Shown here: positions 41,989-50,632 of the stretch, in pieces
Position numbering within the stretch: position 1 is the stretch's first letter
Layout of the letters: every line of letters begins with the position of its first letter
Origin: Candidatus Hydrogenedentota bacterium
GTDB lineage: Bacteria; Hydrogenedentota; Hydrogenedentia; Hydrogenedentales; SLHB01
NCBI GenBank assembly: GCA_963674865.2
Contig: CAXXYE010000008.1
Span: 352,001 to 416,000 of the forward strand
Length of the DNA stretch: 64,000 nucleotides
Direction of reading: 5' to 3'
Position numbers and translations under genes: made by a program
Notes under the pieces: model-generated
Database searches by the model: none
Seen by the model: only the letters and a program-made list of their open reading frames with translations
Told to the model about the DNA's origin: nothing

Positions 41989-42348
41989 TGCAGCAGTAGC
42001 ATAGTATCGGTGGAGCGCACCATGCACCCAGTGCGTCGGTGCGTTTCGGGATCGTGGAGAAACGCGCGTTGTTCGGCGTGGTCAGGGTCTTGCGGCGGTT
42101 GACTGCCCATAGCGTGGGTGGGATTTGGCCGCGTGGTCATTATGGGCCATGAGCTGCCGTATGTGCAGTCTACGCCTATAACGCGTGAGGTCAGTGGGAA
42201 CGCCCGTTTCTCGAACCCAGTAGTGCATGAAGAGACGGCAACTACCTGTGGGGTACCACCCCGCAGGTCGATTCGGTCATGGGCTATGGAACCACGAGTT
42301 CGATCCGACCGTCTCCTCCATGCCGCGTTACCAGGGCTTGGCGTCATA

Positions 42349-42768
42349 TTACCGGAGAGCATGGAATTTCTCTCTAATGCGCCGAAAGGCCTCAAGTTTC
42401 TCTCTCCTGGAGGCGAGCCGGGTGACCGGGCGTAGGCGTCTTTCCGTGTAGAAGGCAATCTGAGCCCGGTCTTTGGCGGCACTCAATTCCGCGACCATGG
42501 CTGGCGGGAGTTTCAGCAGATTCAACAGCTGCGTGACCCGACTCCGCGTCAGCCCAATCTTCCGCGCAAGGTGTGACTGACTGTTAACCTCATCCAGCAT
42601 CTTCCGAAATGCCAGAGCTAGCGTTACCGGGTTGACCGGCTCAGGTCTATCCTGCTTGGTCGGAGGTGTTACGGCGTATATGACATTGCGATCGCGGAAG
42701 TTACGAAACACTGGCACCACAAGCCATCCCCTGGGGATGTTTCGCTGAGTTCGCAATACGGGGAGCCA
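42349..42768 (-). CDS. HTH ORF resembling ParB-like/serine-recombinase C-terminal domain (copy 2); true start unclear
   Basis: NPVTLALAFRKML...SHLARKIGLTRSRVTQLLNLLKLPP...YTERRLR. Homologous to the 37025 ORF; open through WLPV. Confidence 0.6.
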   Translation of the reverse strand, partial: WLPVLRTQRNIPRGWLVVPVFRNFRDRNVIYAVTPPTKQDRPEPVNPVTLALAFRKMLDEVNSQSHLARKIGLTRSRVTQLLNLLKLPPAMVAELSAAKDRAQIAFYTERRLRPVTRLASRREKLEAFRRIREKFHALR

Positions 42769-42779
42769 GATTGTCCTTC

Positions 42780-42805
42780 GGCCACCCGCATGGGTGGCCG
42801 TTTTT
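42780..42805 (+). terminator. Intrinsic terminator, duplicated at 42958-42984
   Basis: GGCCACCC-GCAT-GGGTGGCC-GTTTTT. Both copies follow GGAGCCAGAT(T/A)GTCCTTC. Confidence 0.8.
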
Positions 42806-42811
42806 GCTATA

Positions 42812-42946
42812 CGGGTGGCTGTTAATCCCGCCTGCGGCGGGACCTGCGGCCCAGTCACAGGCCGAGGCGCAGCCGAGATGCCGCGCCACCGGCGCGGTAT
42901 TCGAGTCCAGTCGCCGATCCCGCCTGCGGCGGGACCCGAGGAGCCA
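42812..42946 (+). repeat. tRNA-Asn 3' two-thirds with palindromic insertions
   Basis: CGGGTGGCTGTTAA-[TCCCGCCTGCGGCGGGAC]...GTCACAGG...TTCGAGTCCAGTC...[GATCCCGCCTGCGGCGGGAC]-CCGAGGAGCCA. Colinear with 13292-13426. Confidence 0.9.
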
Positions 42947-43001
42947 GATAGTCCTTCGGCCACCCGCATGGGTGGCCGTTTTTTCGTGCGGGGGAGCCTG
43001 T

Positions 43002-43274
43002 ATGCGCTTTCATGTGTATGTTCTTTGCTCGGAGAGTACGGGGCGCTACTATTGTGGCCAGACGGACAACCTTGAACGGCGGATTCAGCAACACAACGAT
43101 CCCAAACACCACGGCACGCAAACTACCAAGCGGTTTCCCGGCCCCTGGCGGCTTGAGTGGACGCAGATCTGCGAGACTCGAGCGGAAGCCATGGCGTTGG
43201 AGAAACAGATCAAGAAGCGGGGTATCAGACGATTCTTGAAGGCCCAGATTCAGAAGGACCCGGGTGGCTGTTGA
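43002..43274 (+). CDS. Small GIY-YIG nuclease family protein (90 aa)
   Basis: HVYVL...YYCGQT..LERRIQQHN...GPWRL...EAMALEKQIK; GGGGAG RBS. Confidence 0.9.
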   Translation: MRFHVYVLCSESTGRYYCGQTDNLERRIQQHNDPKHHGTQTTKRFPGPWRLEWTQICETRAEAMALEKQIKKRGIRRFLKAQIQKDPGGC

Positions 43275-43303
43275 TCCCGCCTGCGGCGGAACCCGAGGAG
43301 CCA
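43261..43303 (+). repeat. Collapsed tRNA-Asn fragment with a single palindrome
   Basis: CGGGTGGCTGTT-[GATCCCGCCTGCGGCGGAAC]-CCGAGGAGCCA. Confidence 0.9.
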
Positions 43304-43453
43304 ATAACAACAGGCGGTTTCGCAGATTGAGCGAAGCCGCATCTGTGAATGGTTCGCCAGTGCGCTTACCAGCAGTATTCCGCTGGCCGTAGAGCGCATC
43401 AGGGAATTCAAATGAAAATTGGGCTGTTGATGGCTGGAAAGGAGGAGCACAGC

Positions 43454-44047
43454 ATGACAGCATGGACTATGTTGTTCTTGACTGCGGCGGCGTTTATCTT
43501 AACGCTTAACGGCTGTTCGGCAGCCATGGTGCCGCCAGATGCGCCGAAGAAGAGCGTACTGCGCCACACGATGTCCAATATCGATGGCGAGGCAGTTGAT
43601 CTCTCGCAATACGGGGGGCAGGTCGCGCTGGTTGTAAACGTAGCGTCGAAATGTGGCTTCACACCCCAATATGAAGGACTTGAGGCCCTCTACCGACAAT
43701 ACAAAGACAAAGGCTTCGTCGTATTGGGTTTTCCGGCCAACAATTTCATGGGGCAGGAGCCAGGGACAAACGAGGAAATCAAGGCGTTTTGCTCCACCAA
43801 GTACGATGTTACCTTTCCTGTATTCGCGAAGATCTCGGTGAAAGGCAAAGACATAGCGCCGCTCTACCAGGATTTGATTTCACAAGAATTCAGCGGCAGT
43901 CACGCTGGCCATATCAAGTGGAACTTCACCAAGTTCCTAGTCGGCCGCGATGGCTGCGTAAAGGCACGCTTCGGGTCGCGCGTCAAGCCATTGGATCCGA
44001 GAGTGAATGCAGCGGTCGAGACCGCTCTCGCGGAAGGCAGTTCTTGA
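43454..44047 (+). CDS. Glutathione peroxidase family protein (Cys type), predicted lipoprotein
   Basis: VNVASKCGFTPQY, LGFPANNFMGQEPG and KWNFTKFL motifs; lipobox LNGC; GGAGGAG RBS. Confidence 0.92.
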   Translation: MTAWTMLFLTAAAFILTLNGCSAAMVPPDAPKKSVLRHTMSNIDGEAVDLSQYGGQVALVVNVASKCGFTPQYEGLEALYRQYKDKGFVVLGFPANNFMGQEPGTNEEIKAFCSTKYDVTFPVFAKISVKGKDIAPLYQDLISQEFSGSHAGHIKWNFTKFLVGRDGCVKARFGSRVKPLDPRVNAAVETALAEGSS

Positions 44048-44405
44048 CGTTCAGGGCGATCTTCACGCCCACAGGCTATTGTGAACCGGTTCGTTTACTG
44101 CCGCATAGGGTCTAATCGTGTGGATTCCCGTCAAGTCTTTATGTGGCGGACGTTCCTCTCAAAAGTTCGGCAACGTATGGCGTCGATCGTTAGTGTTGCT
44201 TCAGTTAGACGATTACGATGATTCTCGTGATTCGTGAGCAACAGCTTGAGTGCCTATCCTGTTTCCCGTCACCGTAAGTGGAAAACATGGCGGGGCGAAG
44301 CTAAGTAACAGTTTAATGCTGGCATGAAGGTGACGATGCTCGCAAGTTGACGCGGCGTTGGACCATCTGGAAGGGTGGCCATGGGCAGCACAGGAGGGTC
44401 TGTTC

Positions 44406-44561
44406 ATGGCGAAGCGGAATGTGGTGCAGCAGATCCGGCGTGCGACGCTTCGGAAGCTCAGTCCGGAAGAGACCATTCGGATTGTCCTGGAGGGACTGCG
44501 GGGGGAGCTGTCGGTCTCGGCGCTGTGTCGCCGGGGGCGGTGTGGCAGAAATGGCTCTTGA
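44406..44561 (+). mobile_element. IS3-family transposase OrfA N-terminal remnant
   Basis: VVQQIRRATLRKLSPEETIRIVLEGLRGELSVSALCRR, then truncated. Confidence 0.7.
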
Positions 44562-44587
44562 GGGAACTGCGCACTCTTCACCACCGT

Positions 44588-46021
44588 TCACAACCCATCG
44601 ACCCAGTCCTGCACATCCTCTTCCGCCGTTACGGGAGGGCATTGGGTCTGATCCGTGATACACATGTCCTCATAGGAGAAACTGAAGTCTTTGGCGGCTT
44701 GTCGAAAAGCAGCGTCCACTTCGGGCGGCATCGCGGCATCGGACGCTTCGGGTGCGCGGGTCATGACATTCACGCCGGCGTACTCGCCGGCAGGCGTTGA
44801 GCCGCAATAGTTGTACATGATCCAATCCGGATCGGGTTTGGAGAGGATGTGCCAGCGTTCTTGCTGAGGTTGAAGGGGCGGGTTGGCGTAGATAACTTCC
44901 AGCAAGCCCGGTATCTGGTCGCTTATCCTGGGTTCCGCGATCAAGTAAACGGGGCCCTCTTCGCTGCAGCTTCCATTTTCCGCGGGAGCACAGAAGGACG
45001 TATGATACCACCACTGTTCCGCATTATAGATCCAGGAACTCGCCCTGCAGGGAAGGGCATCGTAGCCGCCCTCCCAGCCCGACCCGGGAACACCACAGTT
45101 CAGGCCGCGTGTCTCCAGCCATGTTCCCTCGATCTCGTCAAGGCTCTCAAGAACATACACTTTGTGAATGTTCTCGCTGGTAACCAGACATCGGCCGTCC
45201 GTACCGTCCGGCAAGGTGGGCAAGCAACCGTTTTCGGCGAAGCACTGCACCAGGGCACTGTATATCTCGCTGCTCAATCCTAGAGCGAGTTGACAGACCA
45301 GGTTGCAGGCTTGTTGCTCGGCTTGTGCTCCAGTTGAACCGCACTCGGAGTTGCATACGAGTGCTTCACGGCAAGCAGGGTTCAACACGCAAAGGAGCAT
45401 CTCTATCAGGCAGTTCGCCAGCCCACACATCAACACTTCGCGGTCCGAGTCCGTGGCGGCAAGCTGCGGGAAGTCGATGATGCGATCCCGATTGTAGCCG
45501 CGGGCCACGAGGTCCTCGATGATGGCATCAAGCACGCCAGGCGCCATGACGGGAGTGCGGCTGAGGATGAAGAGCGTGGCGCGCCGCGAGTCCGATACGA
45601 CGGCGTAGCTGTAGTCCACATCATCGAGGGCAATAATCCAGTACTCGCCCTTTAGAAGCCCCCCCAGGATGGACGGGAATGTCACCTCGAGTTTGGCATT
45701 CGTCGCAGTATCCACGACACGCGCGATGCCCTCGATGACCTCTTCCGGTCCGTCGAAGTCTCCTTCGAAGCCACGGTTCACCACCCGCACCGTTCCGTCT
45801 GGCTGAATCGTATACTCAGCCGTCACGCCTACCAAGTTGCGCGTGGGAAAGAAGGAGTAGCCTGCGACTTGGTACCACAGGCCCTCATAGCGCGCCAAGT
45901 CAACGGACGCTACGGTCTCCGGCGGCAGTGGACAGCCGCTCAGGGCCCCGCCCGTCAGGACGAGGACCACCGCAAAAGATCCAAAGGAGATGCTCCGATG
46001 TGCCCAACGCAGTCTACTCAT
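44588..46021 (-). CDS. Lipoprotein: Blc-type lipocalin fused to a violaxanthin de-epoxidase (VDE)-like Cys-rich and lipocalin region
   Basis: Lipobox LSGC; VDLARYEGLWYQVA...EYWIIALD...LFILSR (Blc); Cys-rich segment followed by GTWLETRGLN...YDALPC...ERWHIL...YCG...YAG. Confidence 0.75.
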   Translation of the reverse strand: MSRLRWAHRSISFGSFAVVLVLTGGALSGCPLPPETVASVDLARYEGLWYQVAGYSFFPTRNLVGVTAEYTIQPDGTVRVVNRGFEGDFDGPEEVIEGIARVVDTATNAKLEVTFPSILGGLLKGEYWIIALDDVDYSYAVVSDSRRATLFILSRTPVMAPGVLDAIIEDLVARGYNRDRIIDFPQLAATDSDREVLMCGLANCLIEMLLCVLNPACREALVCNSECGSTGAQAEQQACNLVCQLALGLSSEIYSALVQCFAENGCLPTLPDGTDGRCLVTSENIHKVYVLESLDEIEGTWLETRGLNCGVPGSGWEGGYDALPCRASSWIYNAEQWWYHTSFCAPAENGSCSEEGPVYLIAEPRISDQIPGLLEVIYANPPLQPQQERWHILSKPDPDWIMYNYCGSTPAGEYAGVNVMTRAPEASDAAMPPEVDAAFRQAAKDFSFSYEDMCITDQTQCPPVTAEEDVQDWVDGL

Positions 46022-46320
46022 CGTGGCAGGTCTCCTCTATCCGAGATTCCCCATATGAAACGCCCGGGACCACCCCGGACTCCTCTTCTGCTATTGTAGT
46101 CCTTGTTCCCGATGCGGTCAACGCCACTCAAGTACACTCAGACGGGGTGCGGCAACTCAGAGGGTTGCGTGACCAACAGGGAATCTCGGGGACACAACAG
46201 TTTACTCAAAGGGACACACCTGCCGGCCGTGCGTCGCATGGGCGTCAGGTTCTCACGTCATAGCCACTCCGAAGGTGGTGTGCCTCGCGGACATTGACAG
46301 CACCGGGCCATGGGCCTACG

Positions 46321-47454
46321 ATGTCAATGACAGGAGGCCGAAAGGGGGCTCTAGTGGAAGCTGCCATTGAGGTGTCATACTCGGACTTCCCCCAAACCTG
46401 GGGCAAGTCGCCGGAGACGTGGGGGCCCTCGTCTGTTCGGCGCATTATCGACCACATCTACCGAACCGGCGCCAGGCGGATCCACTGGCGAATCAGCTGC
46501 TCGGGCGACTTCAACTATCCCACCCGCGTGAGGGGCGCCGGCAAGGCCTACGCGGTAAACGTGGATTTCGGCAGATGTCAGGGGGGCATCGATTTCAACG
46601 AGTTTGATTCCCTTCGGGTGGCTGTTGACCACGCCCATGACAAGGGCATGCAACTGGTGGCGTGGCTTGACCAGATGGACAGCCACTATTCGCCGGATGC
46701 GACTGCCACGGTGAGTCAGTTCCTTCGCGATCATCCTCAGTTCGCCCATAGGCTTCGAGGAGGGAAGCCGCCGGCCGAGCCAGGCTGTTGGACATCCAGC
46801 ATTTCTTACACGGAGGTGGTTGAATACCGCCTGGAGACCATCAGAGAACTGGTCAATGACTATGGGGTGGACGGCCTGTACCTGGTCTTTGTCGATCAGA
46901 TCGGCTACGAGGAACCTAATGTGGATTCGTTTCGCGTCACATACGGCCAAGATCCAAACCAGATTCCTGAGGATGATCCTCGTTGGATCGCGCATCGTGC
47001 TCAAGAGGTCCTCTTGCCTTACTTGCGCCGAGTGAAGGAGGTCATCCAGCATTCGGGTCGTCCCGTCGAACTGACGATAGAGGGGCAGGGCAGTGTTGTG
47101 GGCAGCGCCAAGTCACTGCCGGATGAGCCTGGGTGGTCAGGTATTCCTTCTTTCGCCAAGGCCAACGAGATCATTCAAGCCGCGCGACCCACGATCGCCG
47201 AGGAAGAACTGGCCGAGGTCCTGGTTTACTGGTCTTTCACGGACCTGGAACAAGCCGCCGACGACCTTCGGGGCAAGATCGGTCTTGGCACGCGTTACCG
47301 GATATGGCAGCGGAAGACGCCCCAGGAACTCCGCGCGCGCTTGGAGGGGGCCGCAGCGCGAGGCGTGCGCTTGTTCACGATCAACGAGGCCACGCCCATC
47401 GAGATGTTTCAGCAGTGGGATCTGATTCGCGGCCTCCTTGCAGATCTCCGATGA
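46321..47454 (+). CDS. Glycoside hydrolase-like protein (GHL10/DUF187-like TIM barrel)
   Basis: FDSLRVAVDHAHDKGMQLVAW and ELVNDYGVDGLYL motifs. Start uncertain. Confidence 0.6.
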   Translation: MSMTGGRKGALVEAAIEVSYSDFPQTWGKSPETWGPSSVRRIIDHIYRTGARRIHWRISCSGDFNYPTRVRGAGKAYAVNVDFGRCQGGIDFNEFDSLRVAVDHAHDKGMQLVAWLDQMDSHYSPDATATVSQFLRDHPQFAHRLRGGKPPAEPGCWTSSISYTEVVEYRLETIRELVNDYGVDGLYLVFVDQIGYEEPNVDSFRVTYGQDPNQIPEDDPRWIAHRAQEVLLPYLRRVKEVIQHSGRPVELTIEGQGSVVGSAKSLPDEPGWSGIPSFAKANEIIQAARPTIAEEELAEVLVYWSFTDLEQAADDLRGKIGLGTRYRIWQRKTPQELRARLEGAAARGVRLFTINEATPIEMFQQWDLIRGLLADLR

Positions 47455-47529
47455 ACAGACCGCGCACCTCGCCAAGATGCACGGGGAAGCAGACGCTTTG
47501 CGCGGTCATGAACCAGATCGACGAATTCT

Positions 47530-47962
47530 GGGGACACAATACTCAGATCAAGGAAGACAGTTGACCACAGTCGACGTGCCAATACGCGAGGTCCCGACCC
47601 CCTCGGCAAAGGCCCAGAAGTCCGGCGCAAAGAAAATGCGTGGCAGCTCCTTCTTGAGACAGTCAGCGTACTTCTCGCGGTACTGAGGCTGGTGCAACAG
47701 GCCGTAGACGTAATGGAAGATGTCCCATTTCCGTAACGCAGGCATCCTGCCTGCCGGAGATTGTGGCGCAGGCATCTTGCCTGCACGTCTTGCAGGCGGG
47801 GACGCCTGCGTTACATAGTTGCCATACCGGGCTAGGAACTGCGTCAGGGAATCTCGGGGAAACAACACCTCACTCAAAGGAACACACCTAGCGGCCGTGC
47901 GTACCACGCGGACACGGCACAAGAAACCGCCCGCAACGGTAGCAATTGGGTATTGTGTCCCC
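47530..47962. repeat. Composite repeat copy 1: terminal inverted repeats, a type ISP R-M gene fragment and REP-like palindromes
   Basis: GGGGACACAATAC (47530) and GTATTGTGTCCCC (47950); minus-strand KWDIFHYVYGLLH...LKKELPRIFFAPDFWAFAEG; GTAACGCAGGC...GCCTGCGTTAC. Confidence 0.85.
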
Positions 47963-48041
47963 AAGACTTCCCCGAGTGGGAACGAAGAACGGCGTCTTCT
48001 CATGGCGTGCCCTCCCGCGTCAAATGACCGCCACCCTTCGG

Positions 48042-48554
48042 CTAGGGCACTGGGGCCATTCTCTTCCGAAGCGCCTCGCCAATGGTGCTCTCATCGGTCC
48101 CGCTCTTTGCTTTGTGCCCGCTAAGTGTACCTGCGGCCGTTGTGAAACGCGTGCCGTTGAGCTCCTCCAAAACATTCTGAAGGGTCTCGCCGTACTGCGC
48201 CGAAAATGGCCCCTCTAGTCGCCGACCGGAGAGAGCCAAGCTGGTGGACAGGAAAACTACCTGGTCATCTACGTCTTCATATCTGAACCAACTCGCGATT
48301 TGAGCAATGCTCTCGCTTGTACCGAAGGAGTAGTCGCCCACCAGGTTGACCCCGCCGAGACCAAGGATCACTTCCCCGTTATTCTGGAAACTCAGTAGCC
48401 ACGTCTCTTGCACCCCTTGTGCCGAGCCTCCGGGGAATTGATTGTAATCGGCGTCCATCACCCAGGTCCCGCCCACTATGGTAGATGGAACCGGGGGGCA
48501 CCCAAGAAAGAAGGACACTGCACCAAGAAGCAATAGTAGAATCGTCTTCCTCAT
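48042..48554 (-). CDS. Hypothetical lipoprotein
   Basis: MRKTILLLLLGAVSFFLGCPP lipobox; 170 aa. Confidence 0.65.
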   Translation of the reverse strand: MRKTILLLLLGAVSFFLGCPPVPSTIVGGTWVMDADYNQFPGGSAQGVQETWLLSFQNNGEVILGLGGVNLVGDYSFGTSESIAQIASWFRYEDVDDQVVFLSTSLALSGRRLEGPFSAQYGETLQNVLEELNGTRFTTAAGTLSGHKAKSGTDESTIGEALRKRMAPVP

Positions 48555-49535
48555 GGATACCCCCAAAATGTAGGGCAACAAGGCCCGCTATCCCACTTGA
48601 CGAAAGGCAAAGGTAGCAAGACGAATACTTCTTGTGAAACCGATCTTCGCCAAGACCTGGCGGTCTCTTAACCGGCGGGATATTCCTTACCCTTGTTTTC
48701 CCACCACTGTGGCATAAACAAGCAACCAATCCCCCAACACCACCATTCTTCAGCTTTCTCCGGGACGCGGCTGTTTCGCGGCAGACTCACCATTTGTGCA
48801 TGTTTCATCATACGTTCCTCCCCGAATACCGAAGACAACGACTAACCTGCAAGTCAAGATCTACACGTAACCAAGCTGAGCTCCAACACAGGACAAGTCA
48901 GCGCTTAACAGTCTTACAACGAACCCTGCCCGCTGAGTGCCCAGTACCCCTAGTTCAATGAAAACAATAGCACGTATCTTCTTGTTGTGCAAGGGCAGTT
49001 GTCTCAGGGGGCCTAAGTTACGTGTGCTTTGTCCCCAGCGCTGAGGCAAGGGGGAGCCTGTACGCGCCATAAGTAACACACGAAGTCCCCTTACAAGAAC
49101 GAAACGGAGCACGACATGAGAAGGGACAACCATGTTCGGCGCGGTGATGTTTCCTAAGCCGGACCACGCGTGAGGTGCGCTACCGGAGGTGGTGTCCGAG
49201 GCCACGGACAGTTCAGTCTCTTTGGGCTAACGGGGCCATGGCAATGGCAGGGGAGCGAAGGCAAGCTAGGCCAGTCCCCTTCATGCTGTCGGCGGGCGAG
49301 CGGCACGGCCCGCGATGGCTTGCCTTCGGCGTCGTGTCCGCGTGGTGTAGGTGCCGGTGCCAGCACGTAAAGCGAAAGGAGGCAATGGGGGCATAGGGGG
49401 CAACGGCTCACGAGCGCTTAGGGGTAGGGACCCCTTCACAAAACCGGCCATCTGTAGACTTTTCAGAGCCACCACTTGGGGCGTATGCTGCGGAAAACAC
49501 AGGGGCGCAGCCCAGACGGACCAGGCAGACGCAAG

Positions 49536-50432
49536 TTATTCAGGCAGGGGGTTAAGGGTCGCAGAAACCGACATCTCCTGCCCGTTGCGAATGAAGCGAA
49601 TATCAACGGGCTGCCCGGCGTGAGTAAAAAGCACTTGAGACAGGTCCTCGGGGGATGAGACGCCGCGATCGCCGATTCCAACGATCACGTCACCAGCCAG
49701 CAGATTTGCGCGGAATGCCGGAGTGCTGTTCTGCACGAGCCAAACGAACACGCCAGTGTTGCGTTGCAAGGCTGCACGCATTTCCTCTGGGATGGGCATA
49801 CCTCTGATGCCAAGTATGGGTCGTTTTCCTCTTCGGAGAAAGGCAACCTGAAACTGGTTCACCCTGGCTGAGTAAGGCACATAGTAGGTGTAAAACTGAG
49901 GCGGCGTGCTGATTGTGCTCGTTTCGTAGTAGTTGCCGTAGCCATGTCCAGTGTACGAGCCGGTCCCGTAAGCGTACCCCCCACTACCGTAGGCACTCGC
50001 ACTAGCGCTGCCGTAAGCGTTCAGGTTAGCAGAGCCAGAAGAAGAGACTGTTGTGCTGGAACCGGGAACCACACCCAGAACGGGCCGCACCCCCTCTTCC
50101 GTGTGGCTGTATTCGGAGTTGTAAAGGACGATATCGGCGCCTACTTCAAGTGCCTTCTTGGAAAGCTGTTGCTGTGTAGGCATGCCTGACCACGTGAAGT
50201 TTGAGATGCCGACTACCCAATAACCTTGTTCGCCGAGCCTGAGGAGGTCGCCGTCGTAGTCCTCGGTCACCATCACGCGAGGGGTAGTTGACGATGGCTC
50301 GAAGAACGCAGCCAGCTGCTCTGGCGTGGCTCCAATCGTGCGATCTTGATAGAAGTTGGCCACAGGGTTGCTCGTCGCGCAGCCAGCTGCGAAGGCCACA
50401 AGGCAAACAAGCTGACGGGTTGAACAAGTCAT
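49536..50432 (-). CDS. PDZ-domain lipoprotein
   Basis: Lipobox AAGC; Gly/Ser/Tyr-rich middle; ILGIRG...TPAFRANLLAGDVIVGIG...IRNG PDZ motif. Confidence 0.75.
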   Translation of the reverse strand: MTCSTRQLVCLVAFAAGCATSNPVANFYQDRTIGATPEQLAAFFEPSSTTPRVMVTEDYDGDLLRLGEQGYWVVGISNFTWSGMPTQQQLSKKALEVGADIVLYNSEYSHTEEGVRPVLGVVPGSSTTVSSSGSANLNAYGSASASAYGSGGYAYGTGSYTGHGYGNYYETSTISTPPQFYTYYVPYSARVNQFQVAFLRRGKRPILGIRGMPIPEEMRAALQRNTGVFVWLVQNSTPAFRANLLAGDVIVGIGDRGVSSPEDLSQVLFTHAGQPVDIRFIRNGQEMSVSATLNPLPE

Positions 50433-50632
50433 CTTCCAGCCCTTTCTATTGGGAAACGACTTACGAGGGCATACTACACCCTGATATAGGCCGCCAGCAA
50501 CAGCAGGGAACGTAGTTCTACCCGGAGTGATGTTCCGGGATGCGAGCCCCCTTCTTCGGCCTAGCGAGACCTTGTCATACCGTGGGCTTTGGGGGCCTCC
50601 CGATACCGACAAAGGCCGCGAGGAGGAATTCT

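Larger units (their letters stand above)
13628..42768. mobile_element. Putative tandem genomic island(s) integrated at the tRNA-Asn 3' end
   Basis: The tRNA 3' end GGAGCCA recurs at 37399 and 42762; the latter is followed by a terminator. Cargo is accessory glycan-active genes, gene fragments and an IS remnant. No intact integrase is present. Confidence 0.6.

Noticed and set aside
42771..43001. 77-aa N-terminal extension of the GIY-YIG ORF in the track
   Set aside because: It translates terminator, tRNA and hairpin sequence; the RBS and domain start support ATG 43002.
42758..43303. CRISPR array interpretation of the repeats
   Set aside because: The repeats are tRNA-derived and irregularly spaced, with no unique equal-length spacers and no cas genes.
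43454..44047. Selenocysteine Gpx
   Set aside because: The active-site codon is TGT (Cys) and there is no in-frame TGA.
48600..49500. Short ORFs in a lower-GC intergenic stretch
   Set aside because: No recognisable motif, RBS or structure, so left unannotated.
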